Assembly: GCA_963809895.1 (NCBI GenBank)
Contig: CAWELD010000010.1
Coordinates: forward strand, 672,001-736,000
Origin: an uncultured Gemmatimonadales bacterium
Lineage (GTDB): Bacteria; Gemmatimonadota; Gemmatimonadetes; Longimicrobiales; Gaopeijiaceae
DNA length: 64,000 bases
Direction: 5' to 3'
The notes under the pieces are model-generated. The model was given only the letters and a program-made list of their open reading frames with translations. It was not told the DNA's origin and did no database searches. Made by a program: the position numbers and the translations under genes. This document shows positions 19,186 through 28,687 of the stretch, piece after piece (within the stretch, counting starts at the first letter, position 1; each line of letters starts with the position of its first letter).

Positions 19186-19858
19186 TCTTTGGAATGCCGT
19201 CGACGAGTACGTCGTCGACGTCCTGGGGCTCGAAGACTCGGTGCTCCGAAACACCCTGGATCGCAGCCGGGAGGCTGGCCTCCCTGACATCCAGGTTTCC
19301 GCTGCGCAAGGGGCGCTGTTGGGGATTCTGGCGCGGGCCGTCGGTGCGCGCCTGGTGCTCGAGATCGGGACGCTCGGGGGCTACAGCACGATCTGTCTGG
19401 CCCGGGGCCTCATGCCGGGCGGCCGAGTGCTGACGCTGGAGGTGGATCCCACCCATGCCGAGGTGGCGCGGACCAATCTGGCCGCGGCGGGCCTCGAGGA
19501 TCGCGCCCAGGTTCTGGAGGGCCCGGCGCTCGAGACCCTGGCTCGATTGCGCACGGAGCTGCAGGAGCCCGTGGATCTGGTCTTCATCGATGCCGACAAG
19601 CTCGCGTACGCAGACTACCTGGCCGCCGTGCGGCCCATGTGTCGGCCCGGGAGCCTGATTCTGGCGGACAATCTCGTGCGAAAAGGCGCGGTCGTGGACG
19701 CGTCGAGTGAGGATCCGAGCGTGTTGGGCGCACGCCGCTACAACGAGGCCGTAGCCAGAGATCCCGGGCTTCGCGCCACCGTGATCCAGACCGTCGGGAG
19801 CAAGGGGCACGACGGCCTGGGCATCGCCGTGGTGACGGAGTCGACGTCAGACCGTTGA
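19172..19858 (+). CDS. O-methyltransferase (caffeoyl-CoA/COMT-like family 3)
   Basis: LEIGTLGGYS, DLVFIDADK, ADN, KGHDG. Confidence 0.93.
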   Translation: MSDPDLWNAVDEYVVDVLGLEDSVLRNTLDRSREAGLPDIQVSAAQGALLGILARAVGARLVLEIGTLGGYSTICLARGLMPGGRVLTLEVDPTHAEVARTNLAAAGLEDRAQVLEGPALETLARLRTELQEPVDLVFIDADKLAYADYLAAVRPMCRPGSLILADNLVRKGAVVDASSEDPSVLGARRYNEAVARDPGLRATVIQTVGSKGHDGLGIAVVTESTSDR

Positions 19859-19897
19859 CCTCCACGAGCGGCGTCCCGGACGACGGACCCCGTTTCT

Positions 19898-20215
19898 GTG
19901 GAGTGGATCTTGGCTGCGGCCGCGGCACAGCGCCGTGCGGCCGTCGCCGGATCCATTGATGCCCAGAGTGCCCACCTGACGACCGTGGCCGCACTGGGAA
20001 TCCTGCTGGTGCTGCTCGGGTTGTTGGGGGGATCCAAGATGCCCGGGTGGAGACCCGTCTCGTGGATCGCAGCCGGCCTCGCATCCGTCTTCGCCCTGCA
20101 ATCCTTGCTGTTTCCAGCCACGCTGTCGTCGCTGGGCGCGGGGTGGGCCGTCGCGACGTTGGCCTGGGCTGCCGCCTTCGTGGTGGTGGCGGAGTGGAGA
20201 GCGCGAGGCCGGTAG
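19898..20215 (+). CDS. Small membrane protein (start may be TTG 19855 with a frameshift)
   Basis: Three hydrophobic segments. Confidence 0.55.
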   Translation: MEWILAAAAAQRRAAVAGSIDAQSAHLTTVAALGILLVLLGLLGGSKMPGWRPVSWIAAGLASVFALQSLLFPATLSSLGAGWAVATLAWAAAFVVVAEWRARGR

Positions 20216-20339
20216 CCGCGCTGGCCCGGGGCGCGACCGCGCCGGCTGTGGCTGGACAGGAGCATGGCGGTGCAGGCATCCCCCTGGGCATGTTGGGGCG
20301 ACAGGAAAAGCGCCTGGGGCGCCCAACGCGGAGTGATCC

Positions 20340-20933
20340 ATGGGTCATCGCCAGACGGTTGCAGCGGCGTTTCTCGCACTCGGCTTCGCGACAGTCTCGG
20401 CCATCTTCATCCTCGTCGAGCCGGGGATGGGGTTCGCGGGCTTCGCGGACTATTTCGACCCCGCGAAGGTCATCGACGCCGCACCTTCCGTGGCGTGGAT
20501 GCTCGGGGACCTGATCTACCTCGGCTTCGGGGTCGCTCTGTTCGTGCTCGCCATCTCGGCGGCCGAGCCGGCGCGGCGGTCCAGCGCTCTGATCGCAGCG
20601 GCCCTCTTCTTCTTCATCGGCTGCCTGGGGCGGATCCTGGCGGTGCTCCCTTCGATGATCGCGGACAAGGCGGATCTCGAAGCCGCGGTTCTGGGCCTTC
20701 TGCCAGTGAGATTCGCTGCGCTCAGGGTGACGGTCTTCGCCCTCGGCGTGTACGCATGGAGAACCACTGTGGAGCCCGGCGCTGGTCTGCTCTGGCGGGG
20801 CCTGGGCCTGCTGGTGCTCGTGGCCGCGGTGGTCTTCCTCTTCCGTTTCATCCCGGTTCCTCTCCTCTTCATGGTGTGGGCGCTGGTGTTCGCCGTTCGC
20901 CGCGGCGGTGCGACGGCGGCATCGGCGTCCTAG
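20340..20933 (+). CDS. Polytopic membrane protein
   Basis: About six TM segments. Confidence 0.75.
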   Translation: MGHRQTVAAAFLALGFATVSAIFILVEPGMGFAGFADYFDPAKVIDAAPSVAWMLGDLIYLGFGVALFVLAISAAEPARRSSALIAAALFFFIGCLGRILAVLPSMIADKADLEAAVLGLLPVRFAALRVTVFALGVYAWRTTVEPGAGLLWRGLGLLVLVAAVVFLFRFIPVPLLFMVWALVFAVRRGGATAASAS

Positions 20934-20984
20934 CGTCGCGCGGGCTGGCGCAGCGAGAGAACGCATCTCAACAGAGGAGGGCGG

Positions 20985-21437
20985 GTGGAGATTCGAAGGG
21001 CGGGAGAGGGAGATGCCGCGGAGCTCACGCAGTTGGCACGCACTGCCAAGGCTTCGTGGGGCTATCCCGAGGCGTGGCTGCGCGAGTGGGAGCCCGAGCT
21101 GACGATCTCGGCGGAATACATCGCCGCGAACGCCGTCTTCATGGTCGATGATGGGGATGGCCCCGTCGGCGTCGTCGCCGTGGGTGAAGGGCCGGACGGC
21201 CCCGAGATCGCCCACCTCTGGATTGCGCCGGACTGCCAGGGCCAGGGATTGGGCCGTCGACTCGTGAACCACGCCCGCCAGGTCGCGAAGGAGCACGGCT
21301 GGAGCTCGCTCCGGATCCTCTCCGATCCCTACGCACAGCCCTTCTACGAGCGCCTCGGCGCGGTCCACACGGGCGACGAGCCGGCCCCGGTCGCAGGCAC
21401 GCCGCGGACGCTGCCGGTCATGAGGTTGCGCGTGTAG
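20985..21437 (+). CDS. GNAT family N-acetyltransferase
   Basis: HLWIAP..QGQGLGRRL, SDPYAQPFYERLG; RBS GAGGAGG. Confidence 0.92.
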   Translation: MEIRRAGEGDAAELTQLARTAKASWGYPEAWLREWEPELTISAEYIAANAVFMVDDGDGPVGVVAVGEGPDGPEIAHLWIAPDCQGQGLGRRLVNHARQVAKEHGWSSLRILSDPYAQPFYERLGAVHTGDEPAPVAGTPRTLPVMRLRV

Positions 21438-21481
21438 TGGGGCCGTCGGATGGCGCGGGGCAGTCCCGTGGGCCGGTGCCC

Positions 21482-21506
21482 GCAACCCTCTCTCGACCGA
21501 GCCGTA
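21482..21506 (+). promoter_or_regulatory. Putative ECF sigma promoter
   Basis: GCAAC-N16-CGTA upstream of RBS GAGGAGG and ATG 21544. Confidence 0.4.
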
Positions 21507-21543
21507 TCACAGGATAGAAGTGGGCCCATTCGAGGAGGACACA

Positions 21544-21797
21544 TGATCCGGCATGATGACCTGGTGGCCATGGCATCGATCGGACTGGGCGCAATCGGTG
21601 GCTCGGTCCTGACGCTGGCCGCCGTCACGTCCTTCAGCGTCGGCGATGCACCGCCCGAACGTGTCGCCCCGCGCCCTCGAGCCGTGATCGTGGAGGCGCC
21701 CGCCGTCTTCGACTTCGCGATCATCCGGGATCACCGGAGAGACGTCGTCGTGCCGCCTCGACCGGCCTCGAGGCGGGGCAGCCGGCCTGCCGGCTGA
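21544..21797 (+). CDS. Small hypothetical single-TM protein
   Basis: Strong RBS; hydrophobic N-terminal segment. Confidence 0.6.
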
Positions 21798-21875
21798 CGA
21801 GAAGCTTGCGGTGCTACGGAGTCGGGTCCAATCCTGCATGTCCTGCTGTACCAGACCCCCCACCGGAGGCTTCTC

Positions 21876-22169
21876 ATGGCCATCTACGTCACCCTGTACA
21901 ATCTCACCGACCAGGGCATCAGGGCGGTGAAGGACTCCCCAGACCGTCTCGATGCGGGCATCGCCCAGGCCGAGGCCGCGGGCATGAAGGTTCTCGGCGC
22001 CTACTACACCCAGGGTCCCTACGACCTGGTCATCATCTCCGAGGGTGACGACGAGGACCGCGCGGCGGCGTTCAACCTGGGCACAGCAGCCCTGGGGAAC
22101 GTGCGCACGCTGACCATGCGCGCCTGGGACCGCGACGGATTCGCGAAGATCGTGTCGATGATGCCGTGA
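21876..22169 (+). CDS. GYD domain-containing protein
   Basis: TDQG...KDSPDR, YYTQGPYD, GNVRTLT. Confidence 0.9.
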   Translation: MAIYVTLYNLTDQGIRAVKDSPDRLDAGIAQAEAAGMKVLGAYYTQGPYDLVIISEGDDEDRAAAFNLGTAALGNVRTLTMRAWDRDGFAKIVSMMP

Positions 22170-23335
22170 GTTGTGCTGGCGTCGGCCGGGCCACCGTTCT
22201 GGCGACGGTCCTGGTGGTCTGGGCCGGCGCCTGCAGGCCATCCCCCGAGAATCGACCGACCGAGCCCGGGCTCCTCTCCTTCGACCGGACACTTCTCCTG
22301 GAGGACAGCGGGGCGACGTCGGCCAACGTGAGCCTCGGCGACCTGAACGGCGACGGCCATCTGGATATCGTGCTCGTGAAGGGCCGCCACTGGCCGTTGC
22401 TGGACCTGATCCTCATCGGCGACGGCACGGGCTCGTTCGAGCCGGCCCGCGCGCTGGGCGACGTTCCGGATCGCTCGTACTCCGGTCTCCTGGTGGACAT
22501 GGACCTGGATGGCGACCTGGACGTGGTCATCAGCAACGACGACCCCGATCCCAAGCTCGTCTATCTGAACGACGGGACCGGCCATTTCACGGTCGGCTCC
22601 ACGTTCGGGGAGCCGGAGTGGCCGACACGGTACGTGAGCGTCGGCGACCTCAACGGTGATTCGCTTCCCGATGTGGTACTGGCCAACCGCACGGGTGACG
22701 ACAGTGGCTTCGACTACGTCTGCTTCGGGGCCGGCGCGGGGCGCTTCGCATCGGAGTGCACGGGCTTCGCGCGAGAGTCGGCGACCACGATCACGCTGGC
22801 CGACTTCAACGGCGATGGATGGACGGACCTGGCGGTGCCGCACCGGGAAGGGGGCCAGAGCCACATCTACCTGAACGATGGCGCGGGCGGGTTCGAGGAG
22901 AGCCTTCCGTTCGGTCCGCCCGACGCCGCGATCCGCACGGCCGCCGCTTCGGACCTGAACGGCGACGGCGTACTCGATTTCGCCGTGATCGACGAGCGAA
23001 AGGGCCCCGCCATATACGCCGGAACAGCCGACGGCAGCTACGAGGTCGCGGCCTCGCTCGGAGATCCCGAATCCACGCCGTACGCCATCAAGGTCGCGGA
23101 CATGGACGGCGATGGACGCGACGACCTGATCGTCGGATACATCGAGGACCAGCCGGTGGTCTACTTCAATCAGGGCGCCTTCACGTTCACCGCCGTGCCC
23201 TTCGGTGATTCCCAGGGCAATGCCTACGGCTTCTCGGTGGGCGACGTGGACGAGGATGGGGTCCAGGACATCGCCATGGCGCGGAGCGGTGCGCCCAACG
23301 TCCTGTACTTCGGCGCGCGGCCCGGACCGCGGTGA
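22166..23335 (+). CDS. FG-GAP/VCBS repeat lipoprotein
   Basis: Seven DxN/DxDGxxD repeats (GDLNGDGHLD etc.); lipobox AGAC. Confidence 0.9.
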   Translation: MSCAGVGRATVLATVLVVWAGACRPSPENRPTEPGLLSFDRTLLLEDSGATSANVSLGDLNGDGHLDIVLVKGRHWPLLDLILIGDGTGSFEPARALGDVPDRSYSGLLVDMDLDGDLDVVISNDDPDPKLVYLNDGTGHFTVGSTFGEPEWPTRYVSVGDLNGDSLPDVVLANRTGDDSGFDYVCFGAGAGRFASECTGFARESATTITLADFNGDGWTDLAVPHREGGQSHIYLNDGAGGFEESLPFGPPDAAIRTAAASDLNGDGVLDFAVIDERKGPAIYAGTADGSYEVAASLGDPESTPYAIKVADMDGDGRDDLIVGYIEDQPVVYFNQGAFTFTAVPFGDSQGNAYGFSVGDVDEDGVQDIAMARSGAPNVLYFGARPGPR

Positions 23336-23883
23336 GTGAGCGGGCCGCGGTGCTCCTGGTTCCCGGCTTCACCGGGTCCGGACCCCGGCACTGGCAGTCA
23401 TTGTGGGCGGCGGATGATCCCCACATCCACCTTCTCCAGCAGACCGACTGGGACCGCCCCGATCGCGTCGAATGGAACCGGACCTTGGTCGACGCGGCCG
23501 GAGCCCTCCACGGACCGTTGGTTCTCGTGGGCCACAGTCTGGGCTGTGTGACCATCGTGGATTGCGCGGAGCCGCTCGCCGACCAGGTGGTGGGCGCCAT
23601 GCTGGTGGCGCCGAGCGACACCGAGAGCCCGGACGCGCCGAGCGAGTTGCGGGTGTACGCACCGTTGCCCGGCGACCCGCTGCCCTTTCCGTCGCTGCTC
23701 GTGTCGAGCGACGATGATCCCTATCTGAGCCCGGCACGGGCGCGGGAGCTGGCGCAGCGTTGGCGCGCCCGTATCATTTCGGTCGGGCGCTGCGGGCATC
23801 TGAATTCCGCGTCGGGACACGGGCCCTGGCCGGCGGGCCGCACCATTCTGGAGGACTTCCTGACCGAACTGTCGGTGGAGTGA
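23332..23883 (+). CDS. RBBP9/YdeN family alpha/beta hydrolase
   Basis: PG..GSG..HWQ, GHSLG, S.DDPY, GHLN..SG.G.W. Confidence 0.92.
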   Translation: MSERAAVLLVPGFTGSGPRHWQSLWAADDPHIHLLQQTDWDRPDRVEWNRTLVDAAGALHGPLVLVGHSLGCVTIVDCAEPLADQVVGAMLVAPSDTESPDAPSELRVYAPLPGDPLPFPSLLVSSDDDPYLSPARARELAQRWRARIISVGRCGHLNSASGHGPWPAGRTILEDFLTELSVE

Positions 23884-23892
23884 GGCAGGACC

Positions 23893-24765
23893 ATGGCAGA
23901 CGACATCATCATACGCCACATGACCCGTTCCGAGGCGGCTGAGCTCGTCACTTGGGCCGCACGGGAGGGGTGGAATCCCGGCCTCCACGATGCCGACGTC
24001 TTCTGGGCGACCGACCCGGGGGCGTTCATCGGCGCCGACCTCGACGGCGAACTCATCGGCGGTGGCGCCATCACATCGTACGGCGGCGAGTTCGGGTTCA
24101 TGGGACTCTTCATCGTGCGCCCGGAGTTCCGGGGGCGCGGGTTCGGCAACGAGCTCTGGCACAGGCGCCTGAAGAGACTCCGCGCGCGCCTTCGGCCCGG
24201 CGCGACCATCGGCATGGACGGCGTCTTCGAGATGCAGAGCTACTACGCCAAGGGTGGCTTCGTCTTCTCGCATCGCACTCTGCGATTCCGGGCCGAGATT
24301 CCGGACGCTGCCGCGGATGCGCTCGAATCCCGCGAAGTGGTCGTACCTCTCGCCACGGTCCCGCTCCAGCGCGTTCTCGACTACGACCGGCGCTGCTTTC
24401 CCGCCGCCCGCGAGGCTTTCCTGGAGGCCTGGGTCGGCCAACCCGACGCCGAGGCGTTGGCCTGCCTGCGCGACGGGGCGCTGGCGGGCTACGGTGTGGT
24501 GCGGCGCTGCGGCGAGGGGTGCAAGGTCGGGCCCTTGTTCGCCGATGACGCGAGCGTGGCCGAGGCGCTCTACACCGAGCTCGCCCGCTTCGCCGCCGCC
24601 GGTCCGCTCTTTCTCGATGCGCCCGAGAACAACTCCGCCGCCATGGAGCTCGTGCGCCGGCACGAGATGACCGAGGTCTTCGGGTGCGCTCGCATGTATC
24701 TGGGTCACGCACCGGAGCTCGATCACGAGCGCGTCTTCGGCATCACGACCTTCGAACTGGGATGA
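23893..24765 (+). CDS. GNAT acetyltransferase, two-domain (YitH-like)
   Basis: AAREGWNPG, FIVRPEFRGRGFG, KVGPLFAD. Confidence 0.88.
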   Translation: MADDIIIRHMTRSEAAELVTWAAREGWNPGLHDADVFWATDPGAFIGADLDGELIGGGAITSYGGEFGFMGLFIVRPEFRGRGFGNELWHRRLKRLRARLRPGATIGMDGVFEMQSYYAKGGFVFSHRTLRFRAEIPDAAADALESREVVVPLATVPLQRVLDYDRRCFPAAREAFLEAWVGQPDAEALACLRDGALAGYGVVRRCGEGCKVGPLFADDASVAEALYTELARFAAAGPLFLDAPENNSAAMELVRRHEMTEVFGCARMYLGHAPELDHERVFGITTFELG

Positions 24766-25670
24766 GCTCCGAGCGCGATCTGGTCGGGTACGCGGGACGT
24801 CCGCCCCATGCCGATTGGCCCGGCGACGCCCGTGTGGCGGTGCAGTTCGTGCTCAACGTGGAGGAAGGCGCGGAACGCACCATCCTCAACGGCGATGAGA
24901 CTTCGGAGGAGTATCTGCACGAGCTCTCCGGTCGCCCGGCGCGGGTGGGCGAGCGGGACCTGAGCGTCGAGGGGATGTACGAGTACGGATCTCGCGCCGG
25001 TGCGTGGCGGGTGCTCGAGCTGTTCGAGGAGCGGGGGCTATCGCTGACCGCCTTCGCTGTCGGGCGTGCGCTGGAACTCAACCCGGACCTCGGACGCGCG
25101 CTCCGCGCTGCCGGACACGAGGTGGCCGGACATGGCTACCGCTGGATCGACTACCGACAGGTCCCGGAAGCCGAAGAGCGCCGGCACCTGCGGCGCACGA
25201 TCGAGATCATCGAGGCGACGTGCGGCCGGCGCCCGGTGGGCTGGTACACGGGGCGGGTGAGCGCCAACACGCGGCGCCTGCTCCGCGAGGAGGGGGGATT
25301 CCTCTACACCTCCGATGCCTACAATGACGACCTGCCCTACTGGCTGCCGGGCGGGCCTCGGCTGCTGGTGATCCCCTATACCCTGGTCAACAACGACGCT
25401 CGCTACCTGCTGTCCGACGGCTTCGCGAATGGCGATGACTTTCTGCGACTCCTGAGAGACGCGTTGGACCTGCTGTGGCAAGAGGGCGCGACGTCGCCCA
25501 AGATGATGAGCGTGGGACTCCACGGTCGCATCAGCGGGCACCCCGCCCGCGCCATGGCACTGGCGCGCTTCCTGGACTATGTGCAGGCGCATGAGCGCGT
25601 CTGGGTGTGTCGGCGCGAGGAGATCGCGCGGCACTGGATGGAACGACACCCCCCCGGCGATCGGGCGTAG
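24762..25670 (+). CDS. puuE: Allantoinase PuuE (polysaccharide deacetylase fold)
   Basis: RDLVGY...P.A.WP..ARVAVQFVLNVEEGAE, YEYGSRAG.WR, HGYRWI, GWYTGR, MMSVGLH.R. Confidence 0.9.
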   Translation: MSSERDLVGYAGRPPHADWPGDARVAVQFVLNVEEGAERTILNGDETSEEYLHELSGRPARVGERDLSVEGMYEYGSRAGAWRVLELFEERGLSLTAFAVGRALELNPDLGRALRAAGHEVAGHGYRWIDYRQVPEAEERRHLRRTIEIIEATCGRRPVGWYTGRVSANTRRLLREEGGFLYTSDAYNDDLPYWLPGGPRLLVIPYTLVNNDARYLLSDGFANGDDFLRLLRDALDLLWQEGATSPKMMSVGLHGRISGHPARAMALARFLDYVQAHERVWVCRREEIARHWMERHPPGDRA

Positions 25671-25718
25671 GAAGAGGGCGAGGGCGTGGACTGAGCGACT
25701 CCGACCTGGAGAGATGAG

Positions 25719-26240
25719 ATGGGACTACCTCGCGACCGCGTGTATTTTCACTACAGCCACTTCCACAATGCCGCGACGACGGATCGAATCGAACAGGCGT
25801 TCGGTCGCGTATCGGCCGCCACACCTCGTCGTGTGCCCCTCGCCCGGTCATCGTTCACGAGTCGGACGGATCCCAACCTCCACGATCCCGCGTCCCGGCA
25901 GGTGATCAGGGTCGTCCTGAGCGCTTCATCCGCCTCTCGCGATCCCGGGGTCCGCGTCGCCACGTCGATCCAGCAGATGGCGAATGCCCTTCTGCAGGAC
26001 GGACTCGGCGTAGGGTTCGATGGCGTATTCATGATCGAGGACGGGCGGCACCGAGCCGGTGCGTCCGTCCCGGGGGGCCGGGCCGTGCCGAGCCAGATGC
26101 GTGTCATCTTGCTCGCCCCTGCGGTGGCGACTCGTCTGACCGCGACGGCATCACCGGACGCCCGGTCGATCCAAACCGGACTTCTCGCCGCGGGCTTCAC
26201 CCGGGCGACCTTCGTCGAAGTAGGCAAGACGGCCCGCTGA
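25719..26240 (+). CDS. Hypothetical protein
   Basis: ORF with RBS GGAGAG; no recognised motif. Confidence 0.55.
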   Translation: MGLPRDRVYFHYSHFHNAATTDRIEQAFGRVSAATPRRVPLARSSFTSRTDPNLHDPASRQVIRVVLSASSASRDPGVRVATSIQQMANALLQDGLGVGFDGVFMIEDGRHRAGASVPGGRAVPSQMRVILLAPAVATRLTATASPDARSIQTGLLAAGFTRATFVEVGKTAR

Positions 26241-26246
26241 GCGATC

Positions 26247-26864
26247 ATGAGCGGCCGTAGTCGATCCGAGCCATTCTGGGAGCGGACGTACGGCGAGACC
26301 GGTGCCGATACCTTCGGGCCACCCGCCGAAGAGGTTCTTGCGCTGATCCCCCGCCTTCCTGCGGGGGCGTCGGTCCTCGATCTGGGGTGTGGGGATGGCC
26401 GTAACGCGCTCCCGCTGGCCGCGGCGGGATTCCGCGTGACGGCGGTCGATAAGTCGGTGACGGGCATCGAGCAGCTTGAGCGGGCAGCCGCGGAGCGAGG
26501 CCTCGATCTCGACGCCGTCATCCAGGATCTCCGGGACTACCGCCCGACGGGCGACTTCGACCTCGTCATCACCCACGGCGTGCTGCATCTACTGACGCCG
26601 GAGGTCGGCAAGCGCCTTCTCGCCGACGTGAAAGAGGTGACGCGGAAGGGGGGCTGGAACGTGCACGCCGTGTTTACCGATCGTCTGCCGCAGCCGGCCG
26701 ATCTCGCGCCGTTCGTGCTGTGTCCCTTTGCCCAGGGTGCCCTCGCGAGGGCGTACGAGGACTGGGCGATCGAGCTGGCCGAGTCCTACATTCTGGAAGA
26801 CGAGCACCCGGGTGGAATCCGGCATCGTCACGCCATCGACAAGATCGTGGCCAGGCGGCCGTGA
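26247..26864 (+). CDS. Class I SAM methyltransferase (TehB-like)
   Basis: VLDLGCGDGRNALPLA..G..VTAVD. Confidence 0.88.
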   Translation: MSGRSRSEPFWERTYGETGADTFGPPAEEVLALIPRLPAGASVLDLGCGDGRNALPLAAAGFRVTAVDKSVTGIEQLERAAAERGLDLDAVIQDLRDYRPTGDFDLVITHGVLHLLTPEVGKRLLADVKEVTRKGGWNVHAVFTDRLPQPADLAPFVLCPFAQGALARAYEDWAIELAESYILEDEHPGGIRHRHAIDKIVARRP

Positions 26865-26874
26865 AGGAGGTGCC

Positions 26875-27303
26875 ATGCGTCACCTGATCCCTCTGATGAT
26901 CCTGCTGGCCCTGGCCGTGCCAAGTCGGGTGTCGGCGCAGGAGCATCGTCCGCGTCCGAATCTCGGCTCCGCATGCTTCGATCTTGCACTGAGCGCGGAG
27001 GGCGGCGACGCGATGCACGAGGCCGTCGAATTCATCTTCGCCCCGTCGGTGTCGCCGACCCAGGCCGAGAACCAGGTTTGGAAGCTGCACGGGCCGATCC
27101 GTGCGGACCGGGCGGTGCTCTGGTGGCCGCTCCCCCTGGATTCGGTCGGCGCCCTTCTCCTCCGGGACGGGGGTGTGCTGTGGGAGCTGAGGCTCGATGC
27201 ACGCCCGGCCGTCATGAGGGGACAAGCGCGACAGGTCTTCCCAGAGGCCAGGGAGTCGGCCCCGCTGCGGGCCGACGCGACACCGATCTCCTGTCCTCGG
27301 TGA
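26875..27303 (+). CDS. Secreted hypothetical protein
   Basis: AAGGAGG RBS; signal peptide VSA-Q; Cys near both ends. Confidence 0.7.
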   Translation: MRHLIPLMILLALAVPSRVSAQEHRPRPNLGSACFDLALSAEGGDAMHEAVEFIFAPSVSPTQAENQVWKLHGPIRADRAVLWWPLPLDSVGALLLRDGGVLWELRLDARPAVMRGQARQVFPEARESAPLRADATPISCPR

Positions 27304-27326
27304 CGATTCGCGGAGGGTCGACGTGA
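27300..27326 (+). other. 8-aa mini-ORF (MTIRGGST) coupled at both ends
   Basis: GTGA overlap with stop at 27303 and GTGA overlap with start at 27323. Confidence 0.45.
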
Positions 27327-27989
27327 TCGCCGACATCGTCGCTGCCGTGCATGCGGCGCCGGATCAGCGCGTCCCGACGTTGCGAGCTATCCGGCGTCGC
27401 GTGTCGCGCGACATCGAGAGCGAGCCGGCGGCCGAGGTCCTGGCGTTGGCCGACGGGCTCCTCCAGGACGGGCGCGTGTCCCGGTGGATGATCTACGAGC
27501 TGGTGCACTTCCATGAACCCGCCATGGCAGCGCTCGATCGACGCTGGCTCGAACGGTTGGGCGAGGGAATGGCCTCCTGGGGCGAGGTCGATCCGTTCGC
27601 CACGTATCTCTCCGGGGTCGTCTGGCGAGAGGGAAGGATCGAGGACGCAGACGTGCATGCATGGGCCCGATCAGCGAACCGTTGGTGGCGCCGCGCGGCC
27701 CTCGTGAGTACCGTGCCCCTCAACGTTCGGGCCCGCGGTGGTTCGGGGGATCCCAACCTCACGTTGGCCGTCTGCGAGCTGCTGCGCTCCGACCGGGACG
27801 ACATGGTGGTGAAGGCCCTCTCGTGGGCGCTGCGAGCGCTCGCGCCCCAGTGGCCCGATGCGGTGAGCCGGTATCTGGATCGCCGGCGTCGGCGAATTGG
27901 CACCGAGGGTCGTGCGCGAGGTGACCAACAAGCTCGAGACCGGCCGGAAGACGCCCCCAGTGCAGCCTCGTCAGGGAGGGCCTTCGTGA
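27323..27989 (+). CDS. DNA alkylation repair protein (AlkD family); frameshift near 27890
   Basis: SWGEVD, WARS.NRWWRRAALV, DDMVVKALSWALR; corrected tail RVVREVTNKLETGRK ends at TGA 27989. Confidence 0.85.
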
Positions 27990-28679
27990 AGGTGTGCGTC
28001 GTCGGTGCATTCGGGAAAGCTGGGTCGCTACATGGTGCAGCACGCCCTCGATCGGGGATACGAGGTCGTGGGCGTGTGCCGTGAGCAGAGCTTGGAGAAG
28101 CTCGCCGACTTCGGCGACCGCATCACGATCGTTCCGGGCCGGACGAACGATTCGTCGGTCATCGCGCGCGCCGTGAAGGGATGCGACGGCGTGCTGACGG
28201 TCCTGGTTCCGTGGGGCGTCCACGGGTACTCCTCGGGTACCGCACAAGCCGTGCTCGACCATGCCGAGCCGGGCGCTCGCCTGATCTTCTCGTGCGGGTG
28301 GCACATCACCCGCGACGGCAAGGACCGCTACTCCTGGAAGCTGAAGTGGCTGGTCCCGGTCGTGGGATGGGTCGCTCGCATGCTCCGCCTCGTGGACATC
28401 GATGATCAGGTCGAGGCCACCCGGCGCGTCTTCGCCAGCGATACGCGCTGGACGGTGGTGCGGGCGAGCGATCTCGAGGAGGGTGAGAGCCAGGGACTGC
28501 CCGTGTGGAGCCGACACGTGGGGGACCCGATCCTGGAGAGCAACCTGACCCGCCGCATCGATTTCGCGCTCTTCATGGTGGACGCGCTCACGAACGACGA
28601 CCTGATTCAGGAAGCACCGGCCATCGTCGGCCGCCTGAGCCCGTCGGCCCTCGCCCACGCGGAAAAGGCCGGCGCTTGA
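27986..28679 (+). CDS. NAD(P)-binding oxidoreductase; one-base insertion near 28010
   Basis: MKVCVVGA-SGKLG Rossmann motif split across frames; WTVVR. Confidence 0.85.
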
Positions 28680-28687
28680 AGGGAGCG

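Noticed and set aside
22300..23280. DNA tandem repeats (GACCTGAACGGCGAC-like)
   Set aside because: They encode FG-GAP/VCBS protein repeats.
26861..26887. Mini-ORF MKEVPCVT as a relay
   Set aside because: Gap is only 10 nt with a strong AAGGAGG RBS; probably coincidental.
27880..28015. Programmed frameshifting in the AlkD-like and oxidoreductase genes
   Set aside because: No slippery heptamer; similar single-base shifts are scattered through the window, consistent with sequencing error.
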